Assembly: GCA_905331295.1 (NCBI GenBank)
Contig: CAJNYD010000012.1
Coordinates: forward strand, 248,001-312,000
Direction: 5' to 3'
Origin: Rotaria socialis
Taxonomy: Eukaryota
Length of the DNA: 64,000 nt
In this document: positions 1 to 13,815 of the stretch, one piece after another
Layout of the letters: every line of letters begins with the position of its first letter
Position numbering within the stretch: the stretch's first letter is position 1
Notes under the pieces: model-generated
What the model saw: only the letters and a program-made list of their open reading frames with translations
What the model was told of the DNA's origin: nothing
The model's database searches: none
Position numbers and translations under genes: made by a program

Positions 1-1488
1 TGAAAAGAAGCAATTATTATAACTGATGAATACATTTTTATTTTGAATCAACTATTTTTCCTTAGTAGAGACGACATATTTACACCATGTAAAGATCAAG
101 CAATACGGTATGTGTAAACCAGCATTCATAGTTGATTTATGTCAAATAGACAGATTAAAAGGGTATGCCAGCTGTTTACGCATTATGTATTAACCGCAAA
201 CATCCCTATGTGACAAAATTAACGTGAGAATACAAATGTTAGTAGCTATCTATCGATGTTTTTCTGTTTATTATACCAAAAACTCCAAGCTGAAAATAGA
301 ACAACAACGAAAGATAATTGTACAGATAATAGAAGTTTTCATTTAAATTATAATAATCTTTGAAATCTTAATTATTAAATAACTATTTTAGATCGTTCAG
401 CATTTATTTTCGTTTAAATACTTTTCGACTGATAAATAATTTTGTTACTAAGTTATTTTCAATATGACTCGCTCTCTCCCTGAATAATTTCTCTTCTAGA
501 AAACAAGGCAAATACAGATAAGAACATTATACATAAGTGAGCACAGAATGTAGGCTAAAGATTTCCATGTACTAGTATATTATTTACTTTCGAGCCATCT
601 CTTTCCGTCGATTTATCTATCTTCACTGTATTACCAACATATGCTAATTAGATAACTGACAGACATAAATGAATGAAAAGAGTTTGTCTTTAACAACATA
701 GAAATAAACGTACTGTCACTCTTAAAATACCTCTATGAAAAATGAGTTGTCAATCGAAAATATACCTAATCAGTTGAGATTACTTATATCTACGTTTTTT
801 TTTTTGAATGATTTTATTATAAAATATATTTCGAATTATATCGATTGAAAATGTACTACTTTAAATATCAATATAAAAGAAAACATACAATAAATGTAGG
901 ACTTTTTGTGGAATACTATCGATATTTCATTTATAGTTGAACTATACAATCGACGAATGGAATACCCGTACGTGAAAAAAATTCACATCTCCACAGAAAC
1001 ACTCATCCGATCAAATGTATATAAATAATTTGATAATCTATTTTTCTTTTTAAAATGTTTTCTTCTTGTGGAATAAGATTCTCTAACAAATATTTCCTTT
1101 TTAACACCTCTGTCATCATACATATTTCATTAATAAGTAGATAAACAAAGATGTATAATTGATACGTTGGTTAGATTCGTATGACATCAATCTTGATGTA
1201 AATAATCATATGATTGATTATAAGAAAATAATTATTAGTTAGATATGAATATCGGCAAGATAGTTTGGAGGCGAAACCAAGCTGATTCGCTCTTGTCTGG
1301 TTCGACAGCTGTTTATTGATATGTTTGGTGTGAATGGCATTTGGCTCAATTTCAAAGAGTATCAATAAGAAAAATTGCCTGTTTCTTTGTTTTTATACAT
1401 GATCAAAAGTTACCAATGAAGATAACAAAACAAAAAACAAGAAAAATACACTGAAAGAAATTGAATCTCATAGATCATTCTAAAATAA

Positions 1489-4171
1489 TTATCTGTTGAA
1501 AATTTTTTCTTTTTGTTTACCATCCATTGGAATATCTATGTTAGTAATTAGTGCTTGTTTTACGTCTTGATCGTTTTCTTTTGTTAGATTATGATTATTT
1601 TCATTAATTTCAGTATGGAACTCAGTTGTATGCGGAATATACACCAATGATGATAATGGAGTTTTTCGTTCATAACATCCTGGATCATATAATGGTTCAT
1701 CGTTGGCCGGTGGTGGATTGGATGAATCTTTTAGTATACTTAAACGACGTATATTATAATCTGCATTTGATAAATTTGATGCAGAATGTGATGGAATCGA
1801 TACAATCGAGCCATTTTTTTTTGCACGATCAATCGCTTCTTTACGCTTTAAAGCCTTTTCACGACGTAGCTGTTCTTTATAATATTCAGCAAAATTATTA
1901 ACGATAATTGGGATTGGTAAAGCAATAACAAGCACGCCGCAAACACAACATACGGCGCCAATTAGTTTACCCCACACCGATTTCGGATAGATATCACCAT
2001 AACCTACTGTCGTCATTGTCTTTAGAAAAAGAAAGAAAAAATAAAATAACAGACATACAAGAGGAATATTTTTCGATAATAAACTTACAATACTCGCCCA
2101 CCAAAATGCATGTGGAATCGAACGAAATTGTATAGCATTTCCATCTCTTTCAGCAAAATAAGCTAAACTTGAAAATAATAATATAAATATAGCCAAAAAC
2201 ATCAGAAGCATAGATAATTCTTTATAACTTCGTCTTAATGTATAACCTAACGATTGAAGACCGGTTGAATGACGTGCCAATTTAAGTATACGCATTATAC
2301 GTAAAACACGAAATACTTGTACAGCTTTACGAACAGATTTTATATTTTTTAAATTACCCGTATCCATTGTTTCGAGTATAATCGAAATATAAAATGGTAC
2401 AATAGCAATAAGATCGATTGTATTTAAAACACCTTTGAAAAATTTACATCTATCCGGCGTTGCAAATACACGTATAATATATTCAATTGTAAACCATGAT
2501 ATACATATAGTTTCAATAATAAATAAAAATAAAGGTTCACGACAATTACTAACACTTTCATGATGTTCAGCTGCTAACTCTTTTGCTGCAGCTTGAGCAG
2601 CTATACGAACAGCATCGGCACCAACCGATGCTGAACTATCAACAGTAACTTCTGGATCGGTAATATTTGGTGCACAACCAATACCTAAACAATATTGTTT
2701 TGAATGAAAATATAATCAATCGAAAAATAAAATTCTTCATATACCTTCAATAGTACTTAATGTCATCGTAAATGAAGACAGCAGGATAAATGAAATACTG
2801 ACAAATGCAATAATCTAAAATTGATCATGGCATAATCATAGATATGAGAGAAAAAAAGATGGCATGACACAAAAAAGACTTACTCGAGCGCCTTTCGATG
2901 TATGCGGATGTTCGACAAGATCCCAAATTCTTTTTCTCGTCTGCGAACAACAACGATCACTAATACTTTCTTCTTTTTCAACTTTTAATAATTCAACTTC
3001 TTTTCTCATTTCTTCTAAAACATGATCTTTTTTTTGATGATATTTATTTTGACAACATAATTCTAAATAATATTCATCGATACCCCAATACTGTAAATCA
3101 TCATGAAAAGATATTACACATAGATCGTCAACTAAATGAAGTTTTCCCGTGCGATAAAAATTAATAATTGATGAAAATGTACGTGGATGACGATCAAAAA
3201 AATATTCTCCACTTGATAAATCATAATCATCGCATAAACGCATTACTTCATCATGTGGCATTAGGCGTGTTGTTGACAATGTTGTTTGACGCAATTTTGC
3301 CAAACGACCTAACCGAGTATTTGGTAGACGAGAAAGTGTATGCCATAAAACTATAAATAAAGATATCTATATATATATATATATATATTTGTGCTTGTAT
3401 GTATATACGTGTTTAGAGATACAAAAGAAAATAGAAGAAGAAAAAGAAAATATTACCTTCATGTCTAACACCACCAACATTTAAAGTAACTTTACGAGTA
3501 ATATTAATATTAAATGGATAGACATTTGCCGAATAATCAGTAGATGCTCGTTGAAAATTTTCACTGTTTTTCGGTGTACCTAATGGAGATGGTATGATAG
3601 ATGTAGCTGGTTGTTCTTCAACAATTTCTAATTCATTATGTTTGATAAAGGCAGCTGGATTTGCTACCGGTAAGATCGTATTGCCAGACATAATATGTGC
3701 TCTGGGTAATTGTAATATGTCTTCAGAATGATAGATGGTTGGATCTGTTTTTCCCATTGTAGCCATGAGCACATTACGACTAGAAGATGATATACTTGTA
3801 GGAAAATACGAATTCTTTATACTTTTATCGATGCGTAGAACAGGACACGAATCACCGCGATGTGATTTCGATAATTTAATGTTTGTTTTTATTTTGGGTC
3901 GTATTAAATGAATTGAAGGACAAGCAGATAATGATGATGATAACGGAGAATAGAAATAATCTTGATCGGGCGATTGACTTGCTGATAATAAACGATTATT
4001 GGTCGTTCCATTGGCTAAAATTGTCGCGTTATTTGATAAGGAAACGGTATGTAGTCGATTCTCACCATCATGAGGACTATAGACTAGAGCTGTACGAGTT
4101 GACGGCGACTCGTTTCCTACTGATGACGATACCGATTGCGAGAAAAGAGGCGGAGAAGGAGTAAACAACAT
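1489..4171 (-). CDS. Shab: Voltage-gated potassium channel, Shab/Kv2 family (5 exons: 4171-3457, 3350-2884, 2814-2745, 2684-2089, 2019-1489)
   Basis: T1 domain ([22 protein letters not shown]), S4 ([26 protein letters not shown]), pore ([15 protein letters not shown]), [13 protein letters not shown] introns restore the frame. Start codon uncertain. Confidence 0.93.
3369..3388. repeat. (TA)n microsatellite in channel intron 1
   Basis: Direct reading. Confidence 0.8.
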
Positions 4172-6393
4172 TATCCAACAGAAAGCGGCTTGGACGACAA
4201 AGAAAAGACAAAATTAGATTGTTATTTGCCACGAGAAATGCTGCTATTCCATATAAATACATGCATATATCGAGTATATGCGGATAAAAAGAAAATCTAC
4301 GAGAGCAAGTCAAGAACACGTCATCATAGAATAGAAGAAAGAAACGATAAAGAATGATTTGTGTTATTATTGATGATCTTGTCAAAAATTATCGAGGTTA
4401 ACCCCAAGAGCTTGTATAGATGTGCACTACTCGTAATGTGCTTGATTAGAATGATTAGTCCCATGCAAACAGTGAGAGAAACGGTACATGCTGTGATGAA
4501 TAGATAGGATACCTCAAATAGTGATATTTATTCGTTATTATATGGATGTCTCTTTTGCTTCTCTTGGGTCTTAAGTCACTGTGTTCAATTGTATCCGGCG
4601 CATAGACTAAATTAAGCCCCTATAGAATTAGAATTATTTTTTTTTCTTCTTAACGGCATCTATTGTGACTCTAAGATTTACCTTTTCCTTTTATCTTCTC
4701 AACATAGCCACCTGTTCATTTCAATCGGGCATCGATTAGTAAATTCAATCATTTACGTGTACATCTGCCACTTTTAATCCTCTATCAGCTCGTGTTTTTA
4801 TTATGTGTTTGATTTTCTATTTTTTTTTTGTCGTTGGCTATTCTTGTTCGACAATAACAATGACAATCAAATAGCACAGCTGGTTTTGTTGACTGGTGAA
4901 CAAATGTTTCCTCTACATTTATTAATCAATCTAGCTAATGGATATGTGTCCTTAGAGCAGCTTACTCATTACAGTTATGATAGCTGGATTAGCTGTTGTC
5001 CTTTCATTTTGTTTATTTATTTTATTTTCTTATAGAACCGTATAAAAACAAAAGCTGGAGCTAAGAGACACTAATTCTCAAAATAATAACAATAACAGTA
5101 TGTGTGTGCGATGTAGAATGTCTAGAAGTTTTGTTAACAAGTTGTTGTCTTAATATGGAAAATGAAACAAACGAGAAAAAAACAGACGAACTAGAACTGG
5201 TGAAATCTATTCAAATGATTATTCTACTTCTTCTTAGTGAAATTTAAATATTAAGCAATGATACGAGTCTCAAATAATAATAATGCTATAAAAGAGTAAA
5301 ATTAATTGATATGTAAATGAGGATGTGAAAGGAGAGGAAAAAAATAGCTCTTTTCTGAGATATAACCGAGTAAAAACTACGTCTATGAAATGAGCCGACG
5401 AGCGTCTCTCTTACCAATTCTTTTCTTACACAATCCTTTTTTGCATTTTCCATTTTAATAATCAACAGAATCTTTCTTTTCTTTTTTCCTCTTTCCCGCA
5501 ACGCGCAATATATAATATATGTCTATGTGTATGAGGGGGAAGTCTTATTGACAAATGAAATTTCATTATAAGCTCACTTTATAGGCCTATAGCTTGAGCT
5601 TTATTAATAATCTTTGTTTCATTGGCGACAAGTGAAAAGTGATATATATATATCGTTACATTACGACACTATAATGATAAAATAAAGGTCATATTTTGTG
5701 CTATTTTTCTTCTGCTACAAGCACAATACTTCTTTCGGATATAGGTGTTGTTCATTCAAGCATTTTCATTTGTCTCTTTCTATGCAATGAATAATACAAT
5801 ATATACAACATGAAGAAGAAATGATGAATTCCAAATAATATCAACGGCACATTTTTCTTTTCCAATCAACCGTAATGTTTTCTTAACGATAGATTTACTT
5901 TCTTTTTTTGTTTGCTTCGATGAATTTCGATGAATTAATAGAGCAGAAAATGAAATTTTTTTTCTTCATTTCAAGAAAAATTAAAATATTCTTGCCTAGT
6001 CGAATAATAATAACAATAAATCCAACATCGTAAATTATCATTGGCTTAAATCAAATAGTATTGATTTCTATGTCAGTTAGTTAGAGTCTATAATCTATTC
6101 ATTTAGTCGAAAAGAAGGAGACATTGTTTATTTATAAATAGTATCTTATGATTTATCATATCTAACTTTGATAATGTAAACTGAACTAATCTGTCAAAAT
6201 AAACAAAATGAAAGACAATACTAGTAGTTGATTAAATACGAATAATGTTTGAGCGCGTTTTGCTTTCTGAAACTAAGGAATTTGTTCATTGCTAATTTAT
6301 CATTTGATTCATTTGTGTTTGGTTTTTTTTTATCGACTTAGTTTTGTTATTTTCTTGCTCTTTTTAATTTCTTTCATCTCAATCGATACACTC

Positions 6394-6890
6394 ATGAGTG
6401 AAACATTCCGACAATACATTAAGATTCGTACTTTTTTGGGTTATCGACCGAAAGAAATTCTAGTTGAATTACAAAATGCGTTCGGTATGTGAAACACGAT
6501 CTTGATTAAAAATGTTAGAAGAAGAAAAAGAAAAATTCCTTTTAGGCGACGAAGCACCTAATTATGCCAATATACAACGATGGTCAAAAAGATTTCGTGA
6601 CGCTATTGATAGTCCAATAGGAAGTCCGCTTGCTTCACGATCCAATTTTGAAACACAAGACTATCAACAATTAGATGGAAATAATACTAGTGATGATAAC
6701 GATGCTAGTCAAATGGAAAAACAAATTAATGCAAATGCAAAAAAGTCGGAATCAACACACAACACAGTAAAAAAAGCAATTAAGACATAACAGTTTTGTT
6801 TCGTCCCTATTCATTATTTAGAATAGAACGAGTAATTCAAAACGATCAACAACAGCTCGTTCCAAATCACAACGTTTTATAAACGAATGA
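6394..6890 (+). CDS. Small protein with Mos1/mariner transposase-type HTH (exons 6394-6484, 6546-6766, 6822-6890)
   Basis: Spliced translation MSETFRQYIKIRTFLGYRPKEILVELQNAFG|DEAPNYANIQRWSKRFRD matches the mariner N-terminal HTH pattern; two canonical short introns; open to TGA at 6888-6890. Confidence 0.75.
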
Positions 6891-6992
6891 GGACAAATGA
6901 TCAGTTTTGCGTGATGCCGAGTGTTGTTGTTCTGGTTCAATACTCTATTTTTTTTTCTTCTTTTCCTTATTCTTCTTATCTAATATAATTAT

Positions 6993-7526
6993 ATGCGCTT
7001 GGCTAGCGACGAAACAAAATTATTTAATAAAACAAACCCGTTGCACAGATAGATGAGAATATGATTCAAAAAGGATTTCGCCAGAATCATTGTTTGATTG
7101 ACGAGTGCATAAGGCGTTCTTTTTTTAAATAAATCCTCAAAATTTGACATTATGTAACACCCGTTCGCTATTCTATGAAGTAATTTGTTCACGTATAATG
7201 GCGTCTAAGAAATGGAAAGCGATTGTATCATTTAGTATTGATTACTTTAACTATTCATTACAATCCCAAGTCGAATCGTTTTTATTACGAATAGATTGAA
7301 TTGGTCGTCTTAGAAATCGTTATGCATTCTTTATTATGCACGGATTAAAATGGAAATATTTCATTCAATAATTGCAGTAGTTTATTGTATGCTATTCGTT
7401 GAGTTGCAAGAAACCTCATATTTGCGTGATGGCTAATAGCATATTTATTCGTGCCATTCGTATCTAAATGGGAATAAAATGATTTGATGAATACGCCGCA
7501 CGCGGCGTCAATTATCAAGCGGTTAA
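6993..7526. mobile_element. Possible degraded piggyBac-like non-autonomous element
   Basis: Right end ...CGTCAATTATCAAGCGG followed by TTAA; only a weak inverted match (CGCTTGGCTAGCGACG) near 6995. Confidence 0.25.
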
Positions 7527-9483
7527 AATTTAATAAATAGTTAATCTAAAAAGAGTACAGGAATCATTTCAATACTTTCATTCTCATGTTTGAATATATT
7601 ATATGATTATATTCAAATTGCACAGACACTGTTAGAAGAATATTCGCCATAGTTTCGTAATTAGCTAGTAATTTGACACTCAACTTCCTCTTTCTTCGCA
7701 TTGTGTAATGACGAACTCTGTGGATCTTCATTTGATATATTTAATCTTGTTTTATTTTTGCATTTGAAATACTATTTCTCACAGTACTATCTGAGCTATT
7801 CATTTTTTTTTCAACAGAACACCTGTTAAATTATGGCGCTCTTGTTATTTAAGTAGTTTTAATCAGAAAATAAAAGAGAATTTATAATACTCTAACTCTT
7901 ACTATGTTCTTTCGGATGGCATAAAAATTTAACAGAAATTAAGTAGAATGAAGTTTGTTCGACATTTCCTGCAATATCTATGTATGATTTAAAAAAACAT
8001 GAATTACGAACAAAACAAACTACTTTCAACTTAGTGCAAAAACAGACCACGAGAGAAATCATTAAACATTTTGTACAAAAAACAAACAAGGGTAACCGAC
8101 CAAAAACAAAATCGTCTTATTTAGGAAAGCTCAGGCCTCAGGATATACCCCCGTGGATTTCCTTTGATCTCGACGATGGCTAAAAATCAACACTTCCTTT
8201 CAACGGGAGAAGATCTAATCGATTGACTTCCTTCATGCTCGTCATGAACTAAGACCAGAGATCCTTTATTTTGATCTATCACGTTCAACTAGTTATGTGT
8301 TTGAATATCCTGGATGATATTACTCAAATTTATTGTTAATGGATGCTTATATTTGTATTACTTTGCTTTTTCTTTTGCCGTCAAATACTAGATAATCTTT
8401 GCTGGTATCGCGCGCCTATTAAATTTCTTTTGCATAGAATCTTTTTCTGAAAGACACGGAGTGCGAATAAACTGATCTATCAAATTCAATTAAAATTTTA
8501 TTGATAGATAAAACACATAAAAAGAGTTATTCATGTGAAATCTGTCATTTGAATTTATGGTAATTTGATTGAATTTACAAACTTGTCAAAAACAATGCCG
8601 CACGAGAATACAAAAAAAAGATATATCAGTAAATATTTTCCTTCAGATCGATACGACGATGATGAGGATTGGCTGAATTCTCAAAATGTGAAAGTTTTAG
8701 CATTTTTTATCGATATGTAAGCCAAATTTTAGTTATGAAGCAATTTTGATGAGGCTCAAAATTTCCTTTGAAGAAATCGAATTAATGATACAGATTTATA
8801 ACCGTTTTTATTACTCAGAGCAACACATTTTCGGAAAAGTCGAATGGTAAAAAGTTTGTCTACAGGTAAATGTTATAGTCCCACAAGTTTTTATCAAAAA
8901 CAAATGTAAATTTCTCGAAATATCCGATATTCCATTAGATCGCATAAATCTGCGTTTCTATAGTTAACAACTGTGCGTTACTGAAAATAGAGGAAATCAA
9001 CAAGTATCGCCAAGCTGAATATTACAAGATGTACAAGGTCTACTGTCAAAAATACGGACTCTAGAGGATAGTATTCATTGAATAGATTTCCTCTCAGCAG
9101 ACGACTGCATTCTCAATCTTCTAGCCAATCTTTATTCCAAAAGTAACCTATTCTTTCTATTTTCTTTGATATAAGCAAAGATCATCTGTTTTTCACATAA
9201 TTCGAAAGCTGCCAACAAGATTTTTTCTTCTTCTGTCACTCAAGCATGGTAAAAGAAATTTTCCCTTGACAATATCATAGATTGTTTCGATAAAAGAATA
9301 CTCAAAAGTCTATCGGTTAGAGTGCTTACGATTTCTTACGACAACTAGCGCAATTCGATTATGTTGGATAGCGTGATTCTCATTCATTGTCGTTGTTCTA
9401 TTTCTTTCGTTCTATTCTATAGCTAAATTTTTATTTTATTTCAAGGTGAAAAGAGAAACAAACAAATACATTCAAATAGAACA

Positions 9484-10072
9484 ATGGATATTGATGAAGT
9501 ACAATATTTATCTGAAAATGAACTTATTTCTGTGGTGCCAAATTTTAAACATCCTGAAATTAATTTAATTCGTGGATCAGTTGGTCCATTTTTACCATTG
9601 ATTCCATTACAAGTTCCTATGTGGATGGTTTGTCATTGTGTTTCTTTTTTATGATTAACAAATCTTTTCATGTTATTTATAGGCGATTCATCTTAAAGAA
9701 AGTCATCGTTGTCGATTTGTTTGTCCCGAATGGTTGACTCTCGATTCTGTGCAAGAATTACTTAAACAAGAACAACAACAAGCAACATTTACATCAATGC
9801 CAAATCCATACGTATTTATATTGTCTCAAACAATAATGAATGTTGCTCTAGAAGATGTTCCAAATGGTGATCAAATACGTTTATTAATGAAAGATTTATG
9901 GGATTTACGTTTAGCAAAATTACGTTCATCAATTGGAAATTTAGCACTCAGTGGTTCACTTTATGCTAAAGTAACACATTTAACACAAGTTGAAATATGT
10001 TTAATAAGAAATTTTCTTAAAACTTCATTGAAACATATTGCACAATTGCAAGATGTTGTACCAGAAGAATAA
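9484..10072 (+). CDS. GINS2: DNA replication complex GINS subunit Psf2 (exons 9484-9627, 9683-10072)
   Basis: MDIDEVQYLSENELISVVPNF...GSVGPF...VPMWM|AIHLK...CRFVCPEWL...KDLWDLRLAKLR are Psf2 signatures. Confidence 0.93.
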
Positions 10073-10964
10073 AGAAATAAATATCACTGTTATATTATCA
10101 AATTTTAAGTTTACATTTTTGTCTTGTCGATATGAGCCGACGCTCATTCATTTTTGTTAGCAAGTTAAACGTACTTAGAAGCAGTTATTTACAATCAGGT
10201 TGTTTCCAACGGTCCTAGCCTGCTCTTATGAAATATCATAAAGATTTCATTTTTATTTTATTTTATTCAAGAGAGCCATGTCAAATATAAAAAAGAATTT
10301 TGATTGATGAAATGTCTCGACGATCTACAAAAGATTTCGGAAAACAATTTCCACGACTTCCGTCATCGTGTTTGTTATTCAAGTCATTTTTTTCTTCATT
10401 ACTCACTGTCGACACAGTGAAGTAGTCTTTATTTCAATGGAGGCTTTCGCTTCGTGTAAAACAATTGATCATGCGGTTAAAAACTTCAGTTCAAGATTGA
10501 TATCTCGTAGGATATACGTATTCCATTTCACACAATATTGTTTCACAGAGAAATCCATAAGCTATGTCATTTATTTTACATGAATAACTTTTTAGAACCT
10601 TTTGAAATAGCTCACACAGTTTTAACAATCATGAAAAACTGTGCAGCTAGAGATTATCAGAATATTTTTGTTTTGTTTTGCACTGACATGATACAGTTCA
10701 CATAAGACGACATCTTTTCGAAGTCTTTTATTGGCCATCAGGAAATATTTCCAACTAACGTAAGAGTGTGCAATACGACTAGACGTATTGAAAGAAAATT
10801 TCTTAACAAAATATGTCTATGTTTATTATGATTAAAAATTTCTATACACACTACATGTCAATGTTTGTTTAAAAAATTTAACAAAAAAAAATATATATAT
10901 ATATATATTTACATAGAATAAAATTGTAAGCAGTCTCTTGTATTAAGATTCATAATCACAAATA

Positions 10965-12095
10965 CTATCCTTTATAAATACCTTCGAGAGAATAAATAGT
11001 ACATGAAGTTTCTTCTTTCTTAATCACCGTAAATAAGTTGGAATGAATCATCGAATGAAAACAGGAAAATGAAAAATAGTTTTTTTTTTATAACAAACAA
11101 ACAATTGTTTTCGATAAATCCAGTGCATAATCATTCCACAATTGTGACTGTTCTTCTTTACAATGTTTTGGAAATGAAAAACGAAAGCCATAAGATTGAT
11201 TCGCAATGGTTTGGCCTATATTTTCGTCAGTATCTTCCTCTTCCTCTTCATCATCAGTATCAATATGATTTGAAAGAAGTGTCAAATTGATAAATGCATT
11301 AGCATGACCTAAACTTGCTGCTTGACGATAATAATCACATGCCTGAATTAACCCAACTCATAGTTGTATTTTTAAATTTAAATACAAAATAATTTACCTT
11401 CATCAGATCTTTTTCAATACCAATACCTTGTTCATAACAAATACCCAGATTATACAATGCTGCTGAATTTTTACCATCTTTCGCACTCATTTGAAGAGTT
11501 TCAATACCCAGCGATACGTTTCCCTCTTCAAACGCTTCCATAGCCAATTCATTATTTACAATTGATATTGTTTCTTTATTTAATTCAGCAAGACTTTTTA
11601 GACAATCTTCATCTGTTTGAAGCGATGAATTAAGAGTTTCTTCTTTTTTATTCGAAGAAGTTGTTTGAGCTTGTTTGCCAGTACATTCAACTTTAGACAG
11701 TTGAATAGGTTTAATGGCATTGAGTTTTAGTATCAACTAAAATTTTCAAAATAAAAAAAATGTTTTGTTTTTCATTTGCAAACCTGTTGAAGTGAATTCT
11801 TATAAAGAGATTTTTGTAATTTTTCAAAATTTTCAAATGCATATCGAGTTGTTTTTACAATACAATCAAAATCATGTTTATGTTTAATTAAATTTTCTTG
11901 CTTTCTGAAACAAACAAAACTTGTTTGTTTTGTCAAATTAAATTTAAAAAACTATAATTACTCTGTTCGAATTGATTCGTCATCATCGTCATCTTCTTTA
12001 TGAACAGCTGCTGTGGGAACAACAATATCTTGTGAATAGCGATGAGTAGCAGTATTTCGAAAAGCACGATAGAAACAATTCGCTAGACGCCACAT
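10965..12095 (-). CDS. SEL1-like repeat protein, DELE1-like (multi-exon; 3' end approximate)
   Basis: N-terminus MWRLANCFYRAFRNTA resembles a mitochondrial presequence; SEL1 repeat ALYNLGICYEQGIGIEKDLMK|ACDYYRQAASLGHANA. Confidence 0.6.
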
Positions 12096-12787
12096 GATGC
12101 GCTTACAAAATATTATTCATTACTTTTGATGGATGAACCATTTTTATAAAAAACGGCAATCCATTATTTATGTCATAAATCTGAAAATAAAATAATAGTG
12201 AATCAGCGTAACGATTTTTTAAATTTCTATAGATTAGCAACTACAGCAACTGAGATGATTTTATATTTTAATATATTTCTTATCAGGAAAAAATGTTAAG
12301 TAGGTCACGATTCGTTTTTACATGCAAAAATTTCTCTAAAAGAACTTAATTTTAACCTGAAATATGACATGATTTATATCATATCTATGAATAAGAATGA
12401 TTTCTAAAACTATGGAATCGTTGCGTATAGACTATGCTGATTGACGACAAGGCTCGTAGAAAGATCAAAGTCCTGGATAGAATCGTAGCTATGTATCTTG
12501 AGTAAATGATAACATACATGAGTAATTTCTTTAACTTTTCTAATATACCAGCTCGGTAGTGTAGACCACATTATATAGTCGACAGCTTGGGGTGTGTCTT
12601 GTGACGTTTGGGTAAGTACAGGGTAAAAATATAATGTCGAAATAGCTATTTCTAATGTATTTGTACAATAAACTACGCGGCTGCACACGTCATCTCTTCA
12701 CTGTTGCTTTGCTAACAATGCCTTTTTTTTTTCTTTCTTTCCTTCTATGGATTGGTACACAGAAACGAAAAGCAAAAAAGAAATTAC

Positions 12788-12859
12788 AGGTTCTACCCAG
12801 ATTTGAACTGGGGTCGCTGGATTCAAAGTCCAAAGTGCTAACCGCTACACCATAGAACC
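12788..12859 (-). tRNA. tRNA-Gln(TTG)
   Basis: GGTTCTATGGTGTAGCGGTTAGCACTTTGGACTTTGAATCCAGCGACCCCAGTTCAAATCTGGGTAGAACCT: cloverleaf, TTG anticodon, GTTCAAA T-loop, downstream oligo-T terminator. Confidence 0.95.
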
Positions 12860-13815
12860 ACGGTATATGATATTCGAGTTATTCTTTTCATCATGCCTAA
12901 AATAACATATTTATCGAACACATATAAATATACCTGTAATGAATACTAAATGGCAATATCGAAATTTATATACATTATTTTTCAAGTATTCAATTTTTTC
13001 AGTGTTCATAACAAATACTATATTACTACCAATGAGATAGTTAAATGAAAAAGAAATTCTGTAATACAAATTTGAACAAAAGTGATCGATATAAGATTGA
13101 TTGAACAAAGTTTACGGTATTATTTTACATTAACATGAATAGCACAACATGACGTCCATTCAACAATGAACTTACATATCGAACATCTTCTCGGGTAGCT
13201 TTCAATATCGTATGAATATTGAAAAATTTTCACTTATGTTGAAGATCATCGAAATGAAATCAGAAGTTACAAGATATTTTTTCGTATTTTTTTAATTTAA
13301 TTCTACAGTTCTTATAAAGAACGCCATATGACGAACTACCGCAAGAGATGTACAGATTAGATTAATATATAGAGAGAATATATATTATACTCTCAGCTAT
13401 ATGTAGAAAACTGATTGCCAATAGATGTCACTTAAAATAAATTTAAACTAAAAGTTTGAAAATTTTAAAAATTAATAATTCTCATAAAATAAAATTCAAT
13501 TTTACTAAATTGAATTCAAATTCCAACTGATTAATGAATTTTCATTGGATACTATGAATTCTTTTCTTTTTTTTTAAAATAAAATCAGCTGTTCTTCCCT
13601 CAGTGTTTTTTGTTTGTTGTGGATACTTGCACAAAGATTTTTTTTCTTTTTCTTCTCCTTGATTTTTTTAAATGTTCGAATAAGAAAGAAAAAAGAAAAA
13701 TGTTATTTCTATGTTGTCATTCTTGACATAATATGCCAAGGTTTTCTTCATTGTAAAAATACAAAACAAATTTTTTTCTATGCCTCATTTTTCTTCTTTT
13801 TTTTTTGATTGAACT

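Noticed and set aside
1626..4385. Several short ORFs overlapping the channel gene
   Set aside because: Antisense or off-frame shadows of the Shab gene with no motifs
8595..9150. Exon-like segments beginning MPHENTKKRY
   Set aside because: Could not build a spliced open frame or recognise a family
12410..12700. Possible retroelement remnant beside the tRNA
   Set aside because: Only a weak LPKxHK-like resemblance; no termini or TSD
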